From the NCBI RefSeq assembly GCF_006345805.1, contig NC_043002.1, forward strand, positions 80,352,001 through 80,416,000: 64,000 bases of DNA. Direction: 5' to 3'. Made by a program: the position numbers and the translations under genes. This DNA is from Octopus sinensis (taxonomy: Eukaryota). Shown here in pieces: positions 24,690 through 38,517 of the stretch; within the stretch, counting starts at the first letter, position 1, and the number at the start of each line of letters is the position of its first letter. The notes beneath the pieces were generated by a model that saw only the letters and a list, made by a program, of their open reading frames with translations, was not told the DNA's origin and did no database searches.

Positions 24690-25329
24690 TGTGTGTGTGT
24701 GGTGTGTGTGTGTGAGTGCGTGTGCGTTTGTGCCTGAAAGAGAGAGAAAGAGTGAGAGTGAGAGTGAGTGACTATCTGTGCGGATGTTATCGTGTGTTTG
24801 TGCTTATGCCTCTGTTTATATGTGTCATTGTGTATGTGTGTCTGCTAGTATACGTGCATCTTCAGACCCAGAATGTAATCGTCATCAATTAATAGCAAAG
24901 ATTAGTTGTAGTATATGACATACAGACACTGGTTTGATCCTTAGTTTATATTAAGAATATTAACAATAATGTTTTATACTCAGCTTCCATGCTGGTGGTT
25001 CAGGACGAAATACATGACGCCTATCGTGCAATCTGGAATTTCAGCCGGTCGAAAGGGTAATAGTATTCATGAGAGAACAGAGAAAGCTACGTTTTTTGTC
25101 ATCTAACCAAACTGTGATTTAGTGCCATCTGTGTCACTGTACAACTAGAATCATTCTTTTGTACAAGCCACCACAAAACTCCTTTCTTCATAGTTGCTTT
25201 GTGATATTCTTACTGTTACAGTGATCTTGTAGGTTGGTATATATTTTACTACTTTTCATCTTTCAGCTCGAGAGCAGTGACGCCATTGCTGTTGCTACAT
25301 CTTCATGAATCCTCCTTTAATAGTTAACT

Positions 25330-25560
25330 TTTGGGGAATGAGGGGTTAAGATTTTGCTGCCCACAATTACGTTTCGTGTCGTGAACTTGGTTCGTCCGGG
25401 ACTGTTGACTGTTGGAAATCCAGTTCTGATTTCAAGCTGTCTACATCCACAACATGACGATGTTTGGAGTCTTTCAGAAGGATACTATAGAGGTGTGGCC
25501 CCTTGAATCCCAAGCTATTACAGCATTTGGTATTGTAGTTTGACGGCAAGTGTACGGTGT
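25330..25560 (-). mobile_element. CR1/L2-like LINE 3' coding fragment
   Basis: CNSLGFKGPHLYSIL...VDVDSLKSELD...VPDEPSSR, homologous to 26960-27250. Confidence 0.75.
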
Positions 25561-25974
25561 TTCGTATTATGAAATGACGCCCTGTTCTTGCGTTATTACA
25601 ACTGCCAATACAAAAGTTGCTCTGTTATTAATCAATATATTAGTGTATACGGCTATCTATCTGCGAAGTAAATGAATACAAATTATGGCATGCACCGATA
25701 GACAAAAACAACAAAAATGATAAATTGGCCATAAGAGACATAAAATAAAAATCGTGATTTCACGTGAGAAGTGACTCTTGAGATATCAGGTAGTTATACA
25801 TTGCAAGAAATCAGAAGAATCTAGAAAGGGGAGGAAATGCAATTGAAGAGTTGCTCATTTGTGTCTGATCTGTCTATTTATCACTCTATTCCTGTCTGTC
25901 TGCCTAACTGTCTGTTTGCCTTTCTATTCATTATTGGTCTGACTATTTGCCTGTCTATTTATCGAACAATCTAG

Positions 25975-25994
25975 CTTACTTATCTATCTATCTG

Positions 25995-26082
<88 letters not shown>

Positions 26083-26180
26083 CCTACGTACCTACCTACC
26101 TACAGCAAGTGCCTGTTATGGCCATCTCTTATGTTTTTAAATGTACACTATTTTTATATGAATAATATATTATCTATCTA

Positions 26181-26250
<70 letters not shown>
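25975..26250. repeat. (TATC)n and (TA)n microsatellites
   Basis: Direct inspection. Confidence 0.95.
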
Positions 26251-26251
<1 letters not shown>

Positions 26252-26422
26252 GATTGGTGAATATATATATATAGATGTATTGAGTACCTTATTTACTGTG
26301 GTTAACCCCGACTCAACCCGGGACCTACATATATATATATATGTAGGTCCCGGTTTGAATCGGGGTTAACCACAGTAAATAAGGTACTCAATACATCTAT
26401 ATATATATATATTCACCAATCT
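26251..26422. repeat. Near-perfect ~170 bp palindrome centred on a (TA)n run
   Basis: Arms are reverse complements with two substitutions and one TA-unit difference. Confidence 0.95.
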
Positions 26423-26441
26423 ACCTTTCTTTTTTTATGTA

Positions 26442-26830
26442 TCTACTAGCAGTATCGCCCGGCGTTGCTCAGGTTTGTAAGGGAAATAACTATAAAGCAT
26501 TTTTAGAGAGTTATAGCCCCAAAATAGCAAAAAAATGGAAAAAATGATGGTAAGTTTTTTTTGAGAGTAAAAAAAGGTGGAGTTGCGTCCCCTAGACAGT
26601 TTGCTGTTTGTGTTTCTGATTCTTGACCCCATGTCGAATTTATCGATTTTTTTCAGAACTGGGGGAACTTTTCAAAATTTTCGCTGCGTTAGTTTTGAAT
26701 TATGACATTGGGCTATGTGTGTGTCAAGTTTCATCAGAATCGGTTGAAAGCCGCGGTCAGGGTGAAGGTACAAGCAAACAGACACACAGAAACACGCACA
26801 GACAAACTGCCGTTTATATAGAGAGAGATA
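26442..26830 (+). mobile_element. Non-autonomous Helitron/Helentron (HINE/DINE-1-like)
   Basis: 5' tactagcagtatcgcccggcgttgctc; 3' caagtttcatcagaatcggttgaaagcc...acagacaaactgccgtttatatagagagat. Both are typical of this class. Confidence 0.7.
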
Positions 26831-26873
26831 TATGTATTTTTATATCTGTCTATTTACCTATCTATCTATCTAA

Positions 26874-26959
<86 letters not shown>

Positions 26960-26961
<2 letters not shown>

Positions 26962-27250
26962 TCTGTGATAGCCTAGGCTTCCGAGGCCCACAGCTCTTCA
27001 ATATCCTCCCGAAGAACCTGAGAGACCTGCATGGGGTGGATACAGATGTCTTTAAAATGAAGCTGGATCTCTTCCTGTCAGGTGTCCCAGATGAACCAAC
27101 TTCACGGCAGGAGGGGCAGATGAGGGCAGCTGCATCGAACTCTCTCATGCACCAAATAGCAGTTGCTAGAAAGCCTCCATGAAGTAAAACCAAGTAGCAA
27201 CACCAAATGGCGGTGCCCCAGCATGGCCACAGCTCATAGGCTGGAACTGG
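26960..27250 (+). mobile_element. CR1/L2-like LINE 3' end with 3' UTR and (AATC)n tail
   Basis: DSLGFRGPQLFNILPKNLRDLHGVDTDVFKMKLDLFLSGVPDEPT...AAASNSLMHQ, then ggcggtgccccagcatggccacagctc and aatc repeats. Confidence 0.85.
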
Positions 27251-27274
27251 AATCAATCAATCAATCAATCAATC

Positions 27275-27349
<75 letters not shown>

Positions 27350-28189
27350 ATATATATATACACCTATCAAACTATCTATCTATCTATCTATTTACCTATA
27401 TATCCATCTACAATTATACACCTCTATATTTATCAATCCCTACATCTCTTGTACAATTGCTCCAATCCTTGAAGAGTACTTAATACTCTCTTACATTCCA
27501 GTAAACTTAAACAGCCACACCGAATTTTCTGATCTGTCAAAATATCAACTTGCTTGCCACTTTCAGTAAAACAGTTCATTTCAACTTTCAGAAGATATTA
27601 ATATCTTATTCGACAAACAACACAGCTACACAGAGAAAGATTATTTCTTTGTTTGTCGATGTCGTTTAAGTTCTAGTCAACTCTGATGACGAAGACTAAT
27701 AATTAATGTAGTTAAAACTTTCACAATCTTGCCTTATTTTAAGACGCTCAGCTGTGATTAGAAAGAAATTTAAGCCCTACTTTTAACATGCCGAGCGGCA
27801 ATGTAGAGTTGCCAACGTGTTTCCTCATATAGTTATTACTGTTGAACCCCTAACTCATTTCCGACAGAAAGTTGAAACTATCTCGTACTTGTATTACTTT
27901 AGGTATAGTGTTTCAATGACTATATTATCCAATGTTCCGTTTAAAAAAAAAAAAGACAATAAGTTGGAATTTGAGAGATTTGTAATTTGGCTGCTGTTTC
28001 TAGCCGATCAGTCCACAAACTTTATGTAAACACGCTGTCCATGATACTCAACCTGCCGCGCTTAGATGATACATCATGCTGATGCTGTAGTTACTGTTGC
28101 TGCTGCTGCTGTTACTGCTACTTTTGCTGCTGCTACTAATTCTGCCGCTGCTGCTGGTGATGACGAATGGCTATGACAGCGTCAAAGAT

Positions 28190-28378
28190 CATGATGTTGA
28201 TGAAGACGATGTTTATTACGATATTGAATATGATGATGATGATGTTGATGATGATGTTGATGATGATGATGATGATGATGATGATCATGATGATGATACT
28301 GCTGATGACGATGAAGATGATGATGATGATGAGGATGATGATGACGGTGAAGATGACGATGATGATGGTGATGATGAG
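28190..28378. repeat. (GAT)n microsatellite
   Basis: Direct inspection; source of the poly-D/poly-M ORFs. Confidence 0.9.
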
Positions 28379-28892
28379 GTAACCAAATTTTCTTTTACGA
28401 ATAGTCTTGTTCCTGAAGAGTTCAATAAATTCAATTGTCTTGCACGGAACTCTCTGATCGATTAATTCTTTCCCGACACAAGACATCAAGCAGTTCCTTG
28501 AAAAACCGGATTTTTAACCATTTTCTTGTATCAAACTAACATCATTCGATATTTGCCGTATAAAAATAAATAAATAAATAGATAAATAAATGAATAAATA
28601 AATAAATAGAAAAATAAATAAATAAATGATGACTGATGAGGGTAATCATGTGTTACCTGGATACGTGTTGTTATTGTTGTTGCTATTGTAGCTGTTTTAG
28701 TTACTGCCTATTGTGTCGGCGGCGACGGTGGTGGCGGCGGTGATGATGGTGTTGGTGGTGATAGTTGTAGTGGTGGTGGTAGTGGTGGAGGTGGTGGTGT
28801 TGTTGTTGTAGGTGGTGGTGGTCATCATAGTGATGGTGGTGGTGGTGGTGGTGAGCGTTGTCGTCGTCGTAGTGATGGCGGCGAGGTGGGAG

Positions 28893-29108
28893 AAACGTTA
28901 GCACGCCAAGCGAAATACGTAGCCGTATTTCGTCTGCCGTTACGTTCTGAGTTCAAATTCCGCTGAGGTCGAGTTTGCCTTTCATCCTTTCGGGGTCGAT
29001 TAAATAAGTACCAGTTACGCACTGGGGTCGATGTAATCGACTTAATCTGTGTGTCTGTCCTTGTTTGTCCCCTCTGTGTTTAGCCCCTTGTGGGTAGTAA
29101 CGAAATAG
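28893..29108 (+). mobile_element. SINE-B variant with alternative tail (B2)
   Basis: SINE-B head/body followed by ttaatc..tgtccttgtttgtcccctctgtgtttagccccttgtgggtagtaa. Confidence 0.85.
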
Positions 29109-29565
29109 GTGTTGGTGTTGGTGGTAGTGGTGGTGGTCGTCGTAGTGATGGTGGTAGTGGTGAGCCTCGACTTCGATGTAGTCGTGGTGACGGGAGAGAT
29201 GATGGTTGTGGAATGGTGGGGATGGCGGTTTATGGTGATGCAAGTCTTGGTGTTTGTTATTGTTGTTATTTAGCCCTTGGTCAACTCCATTTGAGCATAT
29301 CGAAGATAAAAGATATTGCAGACAAAACCAAGATCATACATTTTCCAATTTAGAATATATATATATTTTTTTCTAAATTTGGTTAATCTTGTTTCTTATA
29401 GCGTCCATTCGTTTTTAGAATGATGTAATAGTTAAACAGAACTTCATCCTTTGCTTTTTGTTATTTTTTAATTATTTTTGTTTTACATGCTGGATATAGC
29501 GTTGTTATTAGTGCACATGGCGTTTGCAGGCTCTTCTAAGCTGGTGAGATTGATGCCTGTAATAT

Positions 29566-30200
29566 TGGTTCCAAATTTTGGTACAAGGCTAGCAATTTTC
29601 GGTGAGGATGTGAGTCGGTTACATCGATCCCAGTGTTCAACTGGTACTTATTTTATCAACCCCGAAACGATGAAAGACAACAATCAACCTCAGTGGAATT
29701 TGAACTCAGAACGTAAAGAGGGACGAAATGCCGCTAAGCATTTTGCCCAGCGAGCAAACTATTGTCCCAGCTTACTGGTTTCAAACTTTGTCACAAGGCC
29801 AGCAGGTTTGGCGGTGGAATCAGTCTATTATATCGACCCCAGTGCTTAACTGGTACTTATTTTTATCTATCTCAATTGGATGAAAAGCAACGTCTACTTT
29901 GGCGGAAATTGAACTCAGGACGTAAGGATGGATGAAATGCCGCTATGCATTTTACTCAACGAGCGAATGATTCTGCCAGCTCGCTGTTTTACTGATGCCT
30001 TTAATATCATTTTCAAGTTTTGGCAGAAGGCCAGCAATTTCGGGAGAGGGATAGGTCGATTTGATCGACCTTAGTATTTAACTGGTACTTATTTTATCGA
30101 CTCCAAAAGGGATGAATGGCAAAAGTCAACCGCGGCTGAATTTGAACTCAGAATATAAAGACGGACGAAATGCCGTTATGCATTTTGCCCGGCGTGCCGC
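29566..30200 (-). mobile_element. Three adjacent diverged SINE-B copies (~29566-29765, 29775-29985, 30014-30200)
   Basis: Each contains tcgaccccagtg..actggtactta..gaatttgaactcagaac..gaaatgccg in reverse orientation. Confidence 0.8.
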
Positions 30201-30204
30201 CTTA

Positions 30205-30865
30205 TTGATACCTTTAATATTGCTATCGAATCTCTGTAACTCAACACTCGCGAGAGGAATATGAACAGGAATTCTAGATGACTGACGTTCCGGGAAGTAA
30301 GGCCTGGGCAAAATTATTAGCGTAAGGTTTAGGGTGTCAGACGGTAAGAATAATGAAAGGAGAAAAGATGACAGGGGCAAATGTACCCAAGTCGAGTTGG
30401 CATAAACTCAAACAGCACCATTCTAGGAAGCAAACGTAACAATGCTATGTTAAAAATCGGCGGAGTGAAGAGACAGTATGCCTATGTACCAGATGCTGGG
30501 TGGTGTATGTGAGTCACTTTGCACTAATTAGTAAGGTGATCTGTTTTCTTAATGGACACTAGGATATCTGTGTGTGCATGTGCAGTAGCATGCCAGATAC
30601 GAGAGCAATACTCCATTTTTGGCCTCATCTGACCTACGTACGGAGTCTATAATTGTTAACTGGTGAAATATCGTCTGTCTCCGTAGAGCAGAGCCAGTTG
30701 CTGGGATGCGATTCTAGCAATGCTAGCGATGTACTATCGCTTACGTTTTGAAATATAATGTAAGAAGTCAAGTATTCTACATAGATATGTCCATTTAACG
30801 TTATACACAATTAGATGTTTGTACGGTGCTTGGCAAGCCTAGGTCCATTTAGATCACTGGTACAG
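30205..30865 (-). mobile_element. L2/Jockey-group LINE ORF2 C-terminal remnant
   Basis: Minus-strand pieces ASQQLALLYGDRRYF, QMRPKMEYCSRIWHA, LVHRHTVSSL and FPERQS/ELQRFDSNI resemble the post-RT region of these LINEs. Confidence 0.6.
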
Positions 30866-30894
30866 TGTATTCGTTTCTATGATAAATAAATAGG

Positions 30895-31190
30895 AGAAGC
30901 AAAGTCGACTTCGGCGGAATTTGAACTCAGAATGTAAAGACAGACGAAATCCTGCCAAGCATCTTTTCCGGCGTGCTAACGGTTCTGCCACCTCCACGTC
31001 GTGAAAACTGGACAATAGTTTTTACTATAAGTACAAGGCCTGAAATTTTGGGAGAAGGAATAGGTCGATTACATCAACCCCAGTGCGTAACTGGTTCTTA
31101 TTTCATCGACCTCTAGAGGACGAAAAGCAAAGACGACCTCGGTGGAATTTGAACTCAGAACGTAAAGACAGACAAAATCCTGATTACCAT
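30895..31190 (-). mobile_element. Two partial SINE-B copies
   Basis: aagtcgacttcggcggaatttgaactcagaa motif twice. Confidence 0.75.
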
Positions 31191-31527
31191 TTTTGCCGAG
31201 ACCCCGTCGTGAAAATAGATGTAATAATGAAAACGGTTCATTTGGGAGTTAAATATGCAACTCAATTCATTTCTCAATTGTTAATCAGTTAAAGAAGATT
31301 CTTCTAAAAATAACAACCAAATATCTCTCAAATCATGGAAAAGACAATTATTAGTTAATGAAGTTTAGAGAAATTTAATTCTATACACCGAATTCCGACG
31401 ACTGAAACTAAAGTGACATTAACTTGAGATAGCACAAACTGGAATAGAACCCAGAATCTCATAATTGCGAAGCGAATTACTTAACGACGTGACCATGCCG
31501 AATGTGTGATAGCAACTTAGTAGTAGC

Positions 31528-31562
<35 letters not shown>

Positions 31563-31891
31563 CAGTAGAAGAAGTAGTAGTCGTCATCGTAGTAGTAGTA
31601 GTAGTCGTTGTAGTAGTAGCCACCGTTGTAGTAATAGTAGTAGTAGCAGTAGTTGTAGTAGTAGTAGTGCATTTATGTCTAATTGGAGTATAAGGAGAAC
31701 TTAGAAGAAGCTTGAGGTGCCGCGCCGTGGAATGGAACCAGGGACCTCATGATTGCTGCAGTTGCTGCTACTACTGTTACTACTACTACTACTATACTAC
31801 TACTACTACTACTACTAATACTGATACTGCCACTACTTCTACTGTAACTACTACTACTACTACTACTGATACTGCCACTACTTCTACTGTA

Positions 31892-31928
<37 letters not shown>

Positions 31929-32052
31929 TACTACTACTACTATTCTTAATCATAATAATCGAGTTCCATCCGTTTATATTTCATCTCGGTGTGGTATTTG
32001 GTTTCTGTAATTTCCAGATTCTTCTCCCTGCACCTTCCCCCACCTTCCTTCT

Positions 32053-32093
<41 letters not shown>

Positions 32094-32113
32094 TCATTAT
32101 TATTATTATCCTC

Positions 32114-32154
<41 letters not shown>

Positions 32155-32456
32155 CATTATTATTATTATTATTGTTGTTGTTACTATTATTACAATTTAT
32201 TATTATTAATATTTATATTGTTGTTGTTATTACGTTGATATTTTACTTCTAGCCTTTGTTTTAGTTTTTGTTTTGTTCAGTTTTGTTTTTGTTCTTAACA
32301 TTTCTGTTCTTCAAAACCATTAACACCTCAAAGACATTTCAGAAATGATACCATCTGACAAAATTCTGGAATGGTCGAAACAGTGTAATTCATATAATTA
32401 TTAAAAGGATAGTCAGCTTATCAGTCTTCAACCCTATGCCTTTGAAGATTACCTCA

Positions 32457-32494
<38 letters not shown>

Positions 32495-33299
32495 CACACA
32501 GATACACAAACGCGAGCGCACACATACTCACACACGTACATACACAGCTAAGACGCATCAATACGAAAACAAGCACGTACACACACATACACGCATAAAC
32601 ACACACACACACACTCGTTCGATACTCACATAATTCATAACACACATACACATGCATGCACATCAATACCATCGCCACTACCTCCACCACTTCCACCACC
32701 ACCACCACCACCACCACCTATAACAACAACATCAACTAGCAACAACATTAGGAAAACGAACAGCAATTCCAAGAACAGCAACAACAACAACACCATCAGC
32801 AATAACTACAACAACAACACCATCAGCAATAACTACAACAACAGCAACAATAAAAATACATATTAAACAGTAAAATGATGATAATAAAAATTAAAAGAAA
32901 AATGTAACAAAGGCCCCAATAAATAAAAATATAAAAACATCAAAAACAAGACAAAAAAAGGATAAAAGAAGGAAAACAAGACGAAGAATTTCGTGGCATA
33001 TCGCTTAAGATTTCAATTAAATTGCTTTAAGTTTAATTAAAAGATCATTTTGTTGCTCTGGAGCATTGATTCGTACCCACGTGACTTACACCCAATATTC
33101 GAAGTTCTCTTTCACCCATCAGTCGGAAAACTCTGATCAAATACATACACATATATGTACACACACACACACACACACGCACACACACGCACATACACAC
33201 ACACATACAAACGTACATACATCCATACCTGTGCATTTAAACACACACGCATACACACTCATATATATATATATATTTCTCTTCTTATTTTTTCGTATT

Positions 33300-33487
33300 A
33301 TTTGTTTCAGTTATTTGACTGCGGCGATGCTGGAGCACCGCCTTTACTCGAACATATCGACCCCAGGACTTATTCTTTGCAAGCCTAGTACTTATTCTAT
33401 CGGTCATTTTTCTCGAATCGCTAGGCTACGGAGATGTAAACACACTAATATCGGTTGTCAAGCGATGGTGCGGGGACAAACACAGAC
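33300..33487 (-). mobile_element. SINE-A 3' half
   Basis: Tail gactgcggcgatgctggagcaccgcc plus body. Confidence 0.8.
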
Positions 33488-34113
33488 GCACAAATATACA
33501 TACATACATATATATGTATATATATATATATATATATATACACACAGACACATACAGTGGAAGAAGTATTCAGATAGAATCAGGTACTTGGAAAGATATG
33601 TAGGAGGTAGGGCTACGGTATCTTCCTGTTCGGCTCCGAACAGGCATACACGTGGAAGTCATGCAAATAACTAGTTATGAGACATCACAATGGATATAAC
33701 GAACTTTGAACTTAACTAAAATGTAAGAATTTCGAATCATTGAACATTTTCTTTTCTGGTTTCTCCCTCTATCTTTCGTTCTATTCTCCCCTTTGTCTAT
33801 CTCTTCCTTCTTCGTACTGATGACGTCTACCATTCGCAACAAGGTAAATACGTATTTACCTGAACATGGTACACAGAAACAGTTGTAAACTCACTCTTAC
33901 CCTCACCTTCCTTAACTAATTATATACTACTTTTTAGCACCAAAGACATACATCTCATTGTTGCTTTCCCTCCATTTTCTTATCGTCTATATATACATGA
34001 GGTTTACGTTGCAAATTACCTGCAACCGTATACCTTGTGCCAAGGGCCATACTTACTGAGGTAATACCAGGAGTGCCTTTGGATACATCTATCCCTTTAA
34101 ATACCTCTAACTT

Positions 34114-34158
<45 letters not shown>

Positions 34159-34160
<2 letters not shown>

Positions 34161-34560
34161 TTTATTCTTTTACTTGTTTCAGTCACTGTGACTGTGGCCA
34201 CGTTGGAGTACTGCCCCTAATTGAAATAATCGATCACATGACTTAATCTTTGTAAGCCTAGCACTTATTCTATCAGAATTTTTTGCAGAACTGCTAAGTT
34301 ACGGGGACGTAAACACACCAGCATCGGTTGTGAATTGATGGTGGTGGGTACAAATACAGACACACAAATACCTATATACATGTATATTTCATGTTGCTCC
34401 CGTCCACAGAAACACGTACACATAAACACATACACACACAAACACACATACAACGGGATTCTTTCAGTTTCCGTCTACCAAATCCATTCACAAGTCTTTG
34501 GTCGGCCCGACGCTACAATAGAAGAAACTTGTCCAAGGTGCCACGCAGAGGGACAGAATC
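34159..34560 (-). mobile_element. SINE-A lacking the head
   Basis: Reverse-complement match to the SINE-A body and tail. Confidence 0.8.
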
Positions 34561-34615
34561 CAGACAGACAAACAGACAGACAGACAGACATATAGATAGA
34601 TATATAGATAGATAT

Positions 34616-34659
<44 letters not shown>

Positions 34660-34737
34660 TAGCGCGACTGATAACTAATTGCTACAATCTTTTCTTTGAA
34701 AAAATCGTTATTTGAGTATAGAGAATAATATTATTTT

Positions 34738-35117
34738 CAAATTTTGGCACAAGGCCAACACTTTCGATTTCATTGACCCCAGTGCACAAATTGTTGTCCT
34801 CGACGGAATTTGAACTCAGAATTACAGTTAAGCAATTTCTCCGGCGTGCTAACGACTCTGCTATCTCGCCGCTTTAGTATATATTTCCTTACTACCCACA
34901 AGGGGCTAAACACAGAAAGGACAAACAAGGACAGACAAACGGATTAAGTCGATTACATCGACCCCAGTGCGCCACTGGTACATAATTTATCGACCCCGAA
35001 AGGATGAAAGGTAAAGTTGACCTCGGCGGAATTTGAACCCAGAACGTAACGATAGACGAAATACGGCTACGCATTTCGCCCGGCGTGCTAACGCTTCTGC
35101 CAGCTCGCCACCTTTTG
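34738..35117 (-). mobile_element. SINE-B (partial) plus full-length SINE-B2
   Basis: 34883-35117 is the reverse complement of the 28893-29108 type. Confidence 0.85.
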
Positions 35118-37444
35118 CCGCTTTAGTATTGATTGTAGTGTTGATGAATGAATCACCAAGTAACAGGAGTAACATAAACGACTTCATTATTCTACAACTG
35201 TTGCTGCTATATGAACCAGAGCTCTCAATGAAGAGTATTCGTGCCACATCAAATAGCTTCTTTGGGGCTATCAAAGAGGTTTCATTTTATTGGCTCCAAG
35301 GAAACATTAATGTATGTGCATGCGTGCGTGTGCTTGTGTGTGTGTGTTATTTCACAGTATACGTCAGTTCCATAATAACATATTTAGAATTAGAAGAGTT
35401 CAAGGACTCTGGGAATCCGTCGGAGTTCACAATAATCGGTAAAGTTTGCTTGTATTTTAATTTATAAATTATGGTACAGCGTCATGGAAACTGATTATTT
35501 TCATCGTCTTAGTTGCAGTGATAATGAATTGCATGGAGAGATATTAGTTATTACCTTAACAATGCTTACTCGTAGGAAACTATAAGTAGGTTCTTCCTGC
35601 AGAAGGTATTTCAAGGAAATTTTAGTATCATGAAGAACTGTATTACTTCGAATTCACTTCAACTTATTTACAATTGAGGAAATCAGCTTGGTGTACTTTT
35701 GCCAGCCTACAGCTCGAAGTTTACATTCTCTCAATGACGCTAAATTGAATCTCACTTGCAAAATAAAATTTTCACTGCTAATTTGTCTGACAGTAGCATT
35801 AAAGACATTTTTTTTTTTCAATGGCATTGAAAAAAACCTTGAATTGTAGGCCGGTAGAAGTACATCAAACTGATTTACTCAATTGTGAATAAGTTGAATT
35901 GAATTTGTAGTTTAATCAACAGGAAAAAGAATAAGGCTGTGGTCTACCTCGATGATTATTACATACGTTAATGCATCGATATAAGGGGGGAGTAGTTATC
36001 CTCAGAGCAGGGACTTACCTCGAACATTTACCACAGGAGGTCGTTAAAAGTAAACAAGTGATATGTGGTATTTTAAACCGGACGAAATTGTGTCTAGCAC
36101 CGTGCATAAAGGAAGCACTGCCCGGAAATGAATAACTGTTTTCTATTTTGTAGCTTCCAGATTTTACATTAAATTCTAAGAGGGCTGATGTTTGGAAAAT
36201 AAGGGACTCTGCCATTTTGCTTTGTCCTATATGCCTCCTCTGATAACTAGGTCTTCGGTGTTATGTCAATGATCGAATGGATTTATAGATTTACCAGATA
36301 GTAACAAGGTCAATAAAAGAGCTTCTACGAGATTTTTGGGTCAGCTAGAAATAGCAAGCAATTTTTTAATTTCTTAAAAATTAAAGGCCACAATGGATAA
36401 TATGTGCCGCAATATCTGAAAAGAAGGTCTTTGATGCAAGCGTTACTCACTTATTACCGAAATGAAGTTAAGCAATAACAATAACAACAAGATTCCAAAA
36501 TGAAATATGGTAACCAACAAAATGAAGGTTTAAGCCTGCGATTTTTATTAAACAAAAAACTGAAAAAAAAACAGAGAAAAATCTCCAAAGAAAAAAGCAA
36601 AAGCGCAAAATAACGAATAACCTGGAGTTGCCCTTTGAGGGTGTGTGAACGTGTATATGTATGCATGTGTGTACGTGACTTCAGTGTGTGAATGTTGAGT
36701 ATTATCATTATTAATAAAGCACGTTAACCGTTTATCTCAAATCTGCACAGCGTAGAATTATAAATAAAGCTATTTATCACTTAGCGTCTGGAAACATCCA
36801 TTAGATTTCCTTCATTAGCCAAACTATTAAAAAATAAATATTCGTAATACTTACCACACACATACATACACACACACACATACTCACACACACATGCAAA
36901 TATATACATACACACACACACATATACACACACATGTGCATATATACATATACACATATATATACACATGCATACACACATATACATACACATGCATGTA
37001 CATGCACAACACACTCATACTCACAAACTATCACCATGTATGTGTTACGTCCAAGATACTTGAGAAGTACTTTGAGAATATTTATTTTTTGCAAAAGGTG
37101 ACTTACCAAAAATAAAACTTAATGGATTCCACCCACATATGCTCCATGAACTGGGTTAAACTTTTCCTTTAAAATTATATTTCATTCTATTCACATGTAT
37201 TTAATTTCTAACTCTTTAACCCTACCAAAACTGTGTACTTTTCTGAAATTACCTGCTTTTTAACGAACCTATCCTTACCTTTGAACGCCACTGGAACCAA
37301 AGTGGAAGCCTCTAGATCAGTATCGGGGTTACTATGATGTGTTTATAAATAGTGACACTTCGCATAGTTTGAGGTGATATACGATGGACTTTTGTAAAAA
37401 GATATCTTCCAACAGTATCATGTCATAAGTTTCTATGTAGGTGC

Positions 37445-37730
37445 GCAACCGTAGCAGTGTAGTTAAAAAGCTTTCTTTGCCCTTACGCACGTAATATCTG
37501 GGTCCGTCCCACTGTACGGCTTCCTGGTTAAGTGTCTTGTAATGTAGCCCAAGTTCGACCAATTCCTTTGTGTATATTTGGCAGAAGGAAACTGAACTTT
37601 GGAAGCTTGTATGTATATGTGTCTGGTGGGTGTTTGTGTTTGTGCGAGTGAAACTACAAAAGCAGTGCTCCAGCATGGCTGTAATCCAATAGCTGAAACT
37701 AGTAAAATATAAGATATAAAAGAATGATAA
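37445..37730 (+). mobile_element. Strongly diverged SINE-A
   Basis: gtcccactg..aagtgtctt..ggaaactgaa and tail gcagtgctccagcatggctg. Confidence 0.65.
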
Positions 37731-37759
37731 AATCGTTTAAATGCAAATAATATACCGTA

Positions 37760-37828
<69 letters not shown>

Positions 37829-37894
37829 CGACTTAAATATATTCATTAACCTTATAAAACAAGCCTTCTGTAGTTTTTTCACTCTTTTCTATTT

Positions 37895-37939
<45 letters not shown>

Positions 37940-38184
37940 AGTGTAAATCCAGTGATAGTGACATTCCAATAATAACGGGTTTCTTAGAGAAAAAATTCAA
38001 CAGCTGGATACTCGATTTACTAAATACACCTACCTAATCTCCTTCATATTAAAACCTACATATGATATTTAAAAGAACAGAGGAAGTTCAATAATGTAAC
38101 TCTAGCTAGATTTTGTCTGAAAATTAAATAAAAACACTGACACGAGTTACGGTGTGTGTGTCCGTGTGCATGTTTGTGTGTGTG

Positions 38185-38218
<34 letters not shown>

Positions 38219-38517
38219 ATGTATCTGCATGTGAGTTTGTATGTACGTGTGTGTGTTGGTGCTCATTTGCTGCTCTTTTCACTGATATGTTTTGTTGGAG
38301 CCTTGACGAGTAGGGAATGGGACAAAAGCCTGTACAAAGCTAATAATTTTTCAGTAAAAAAGCAACTAATGTCTTATGTTGGCCATGCTATTGATATAAT
38401 TAAGCAGAAAGTGTTATTAACTACCATCAGTCTGACCGAAAATTAGTCCTGCTTATTTAGTGTTGACCTAATGTTAAAAAACAACATGGAAGAAAAATAT
38501 AACAGCGAAGAAATTGG

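Noticed and set aside
28097-28465. Asp-rich 122 aa ORF followed by a possible donor (gag|gtaac)
   Set aside because: Composed of (CTG)n and (GAT)n repeats; no supporting acceptor or homology.
29566-30200. Regularly spaced ~200 bp repeats resembling an array or CRISPR
   Set aside because: These are diverged adjacent SINE-B copies in eukaryotic DNA, with no constant short repeat/unique spacer structure and no cas genes.
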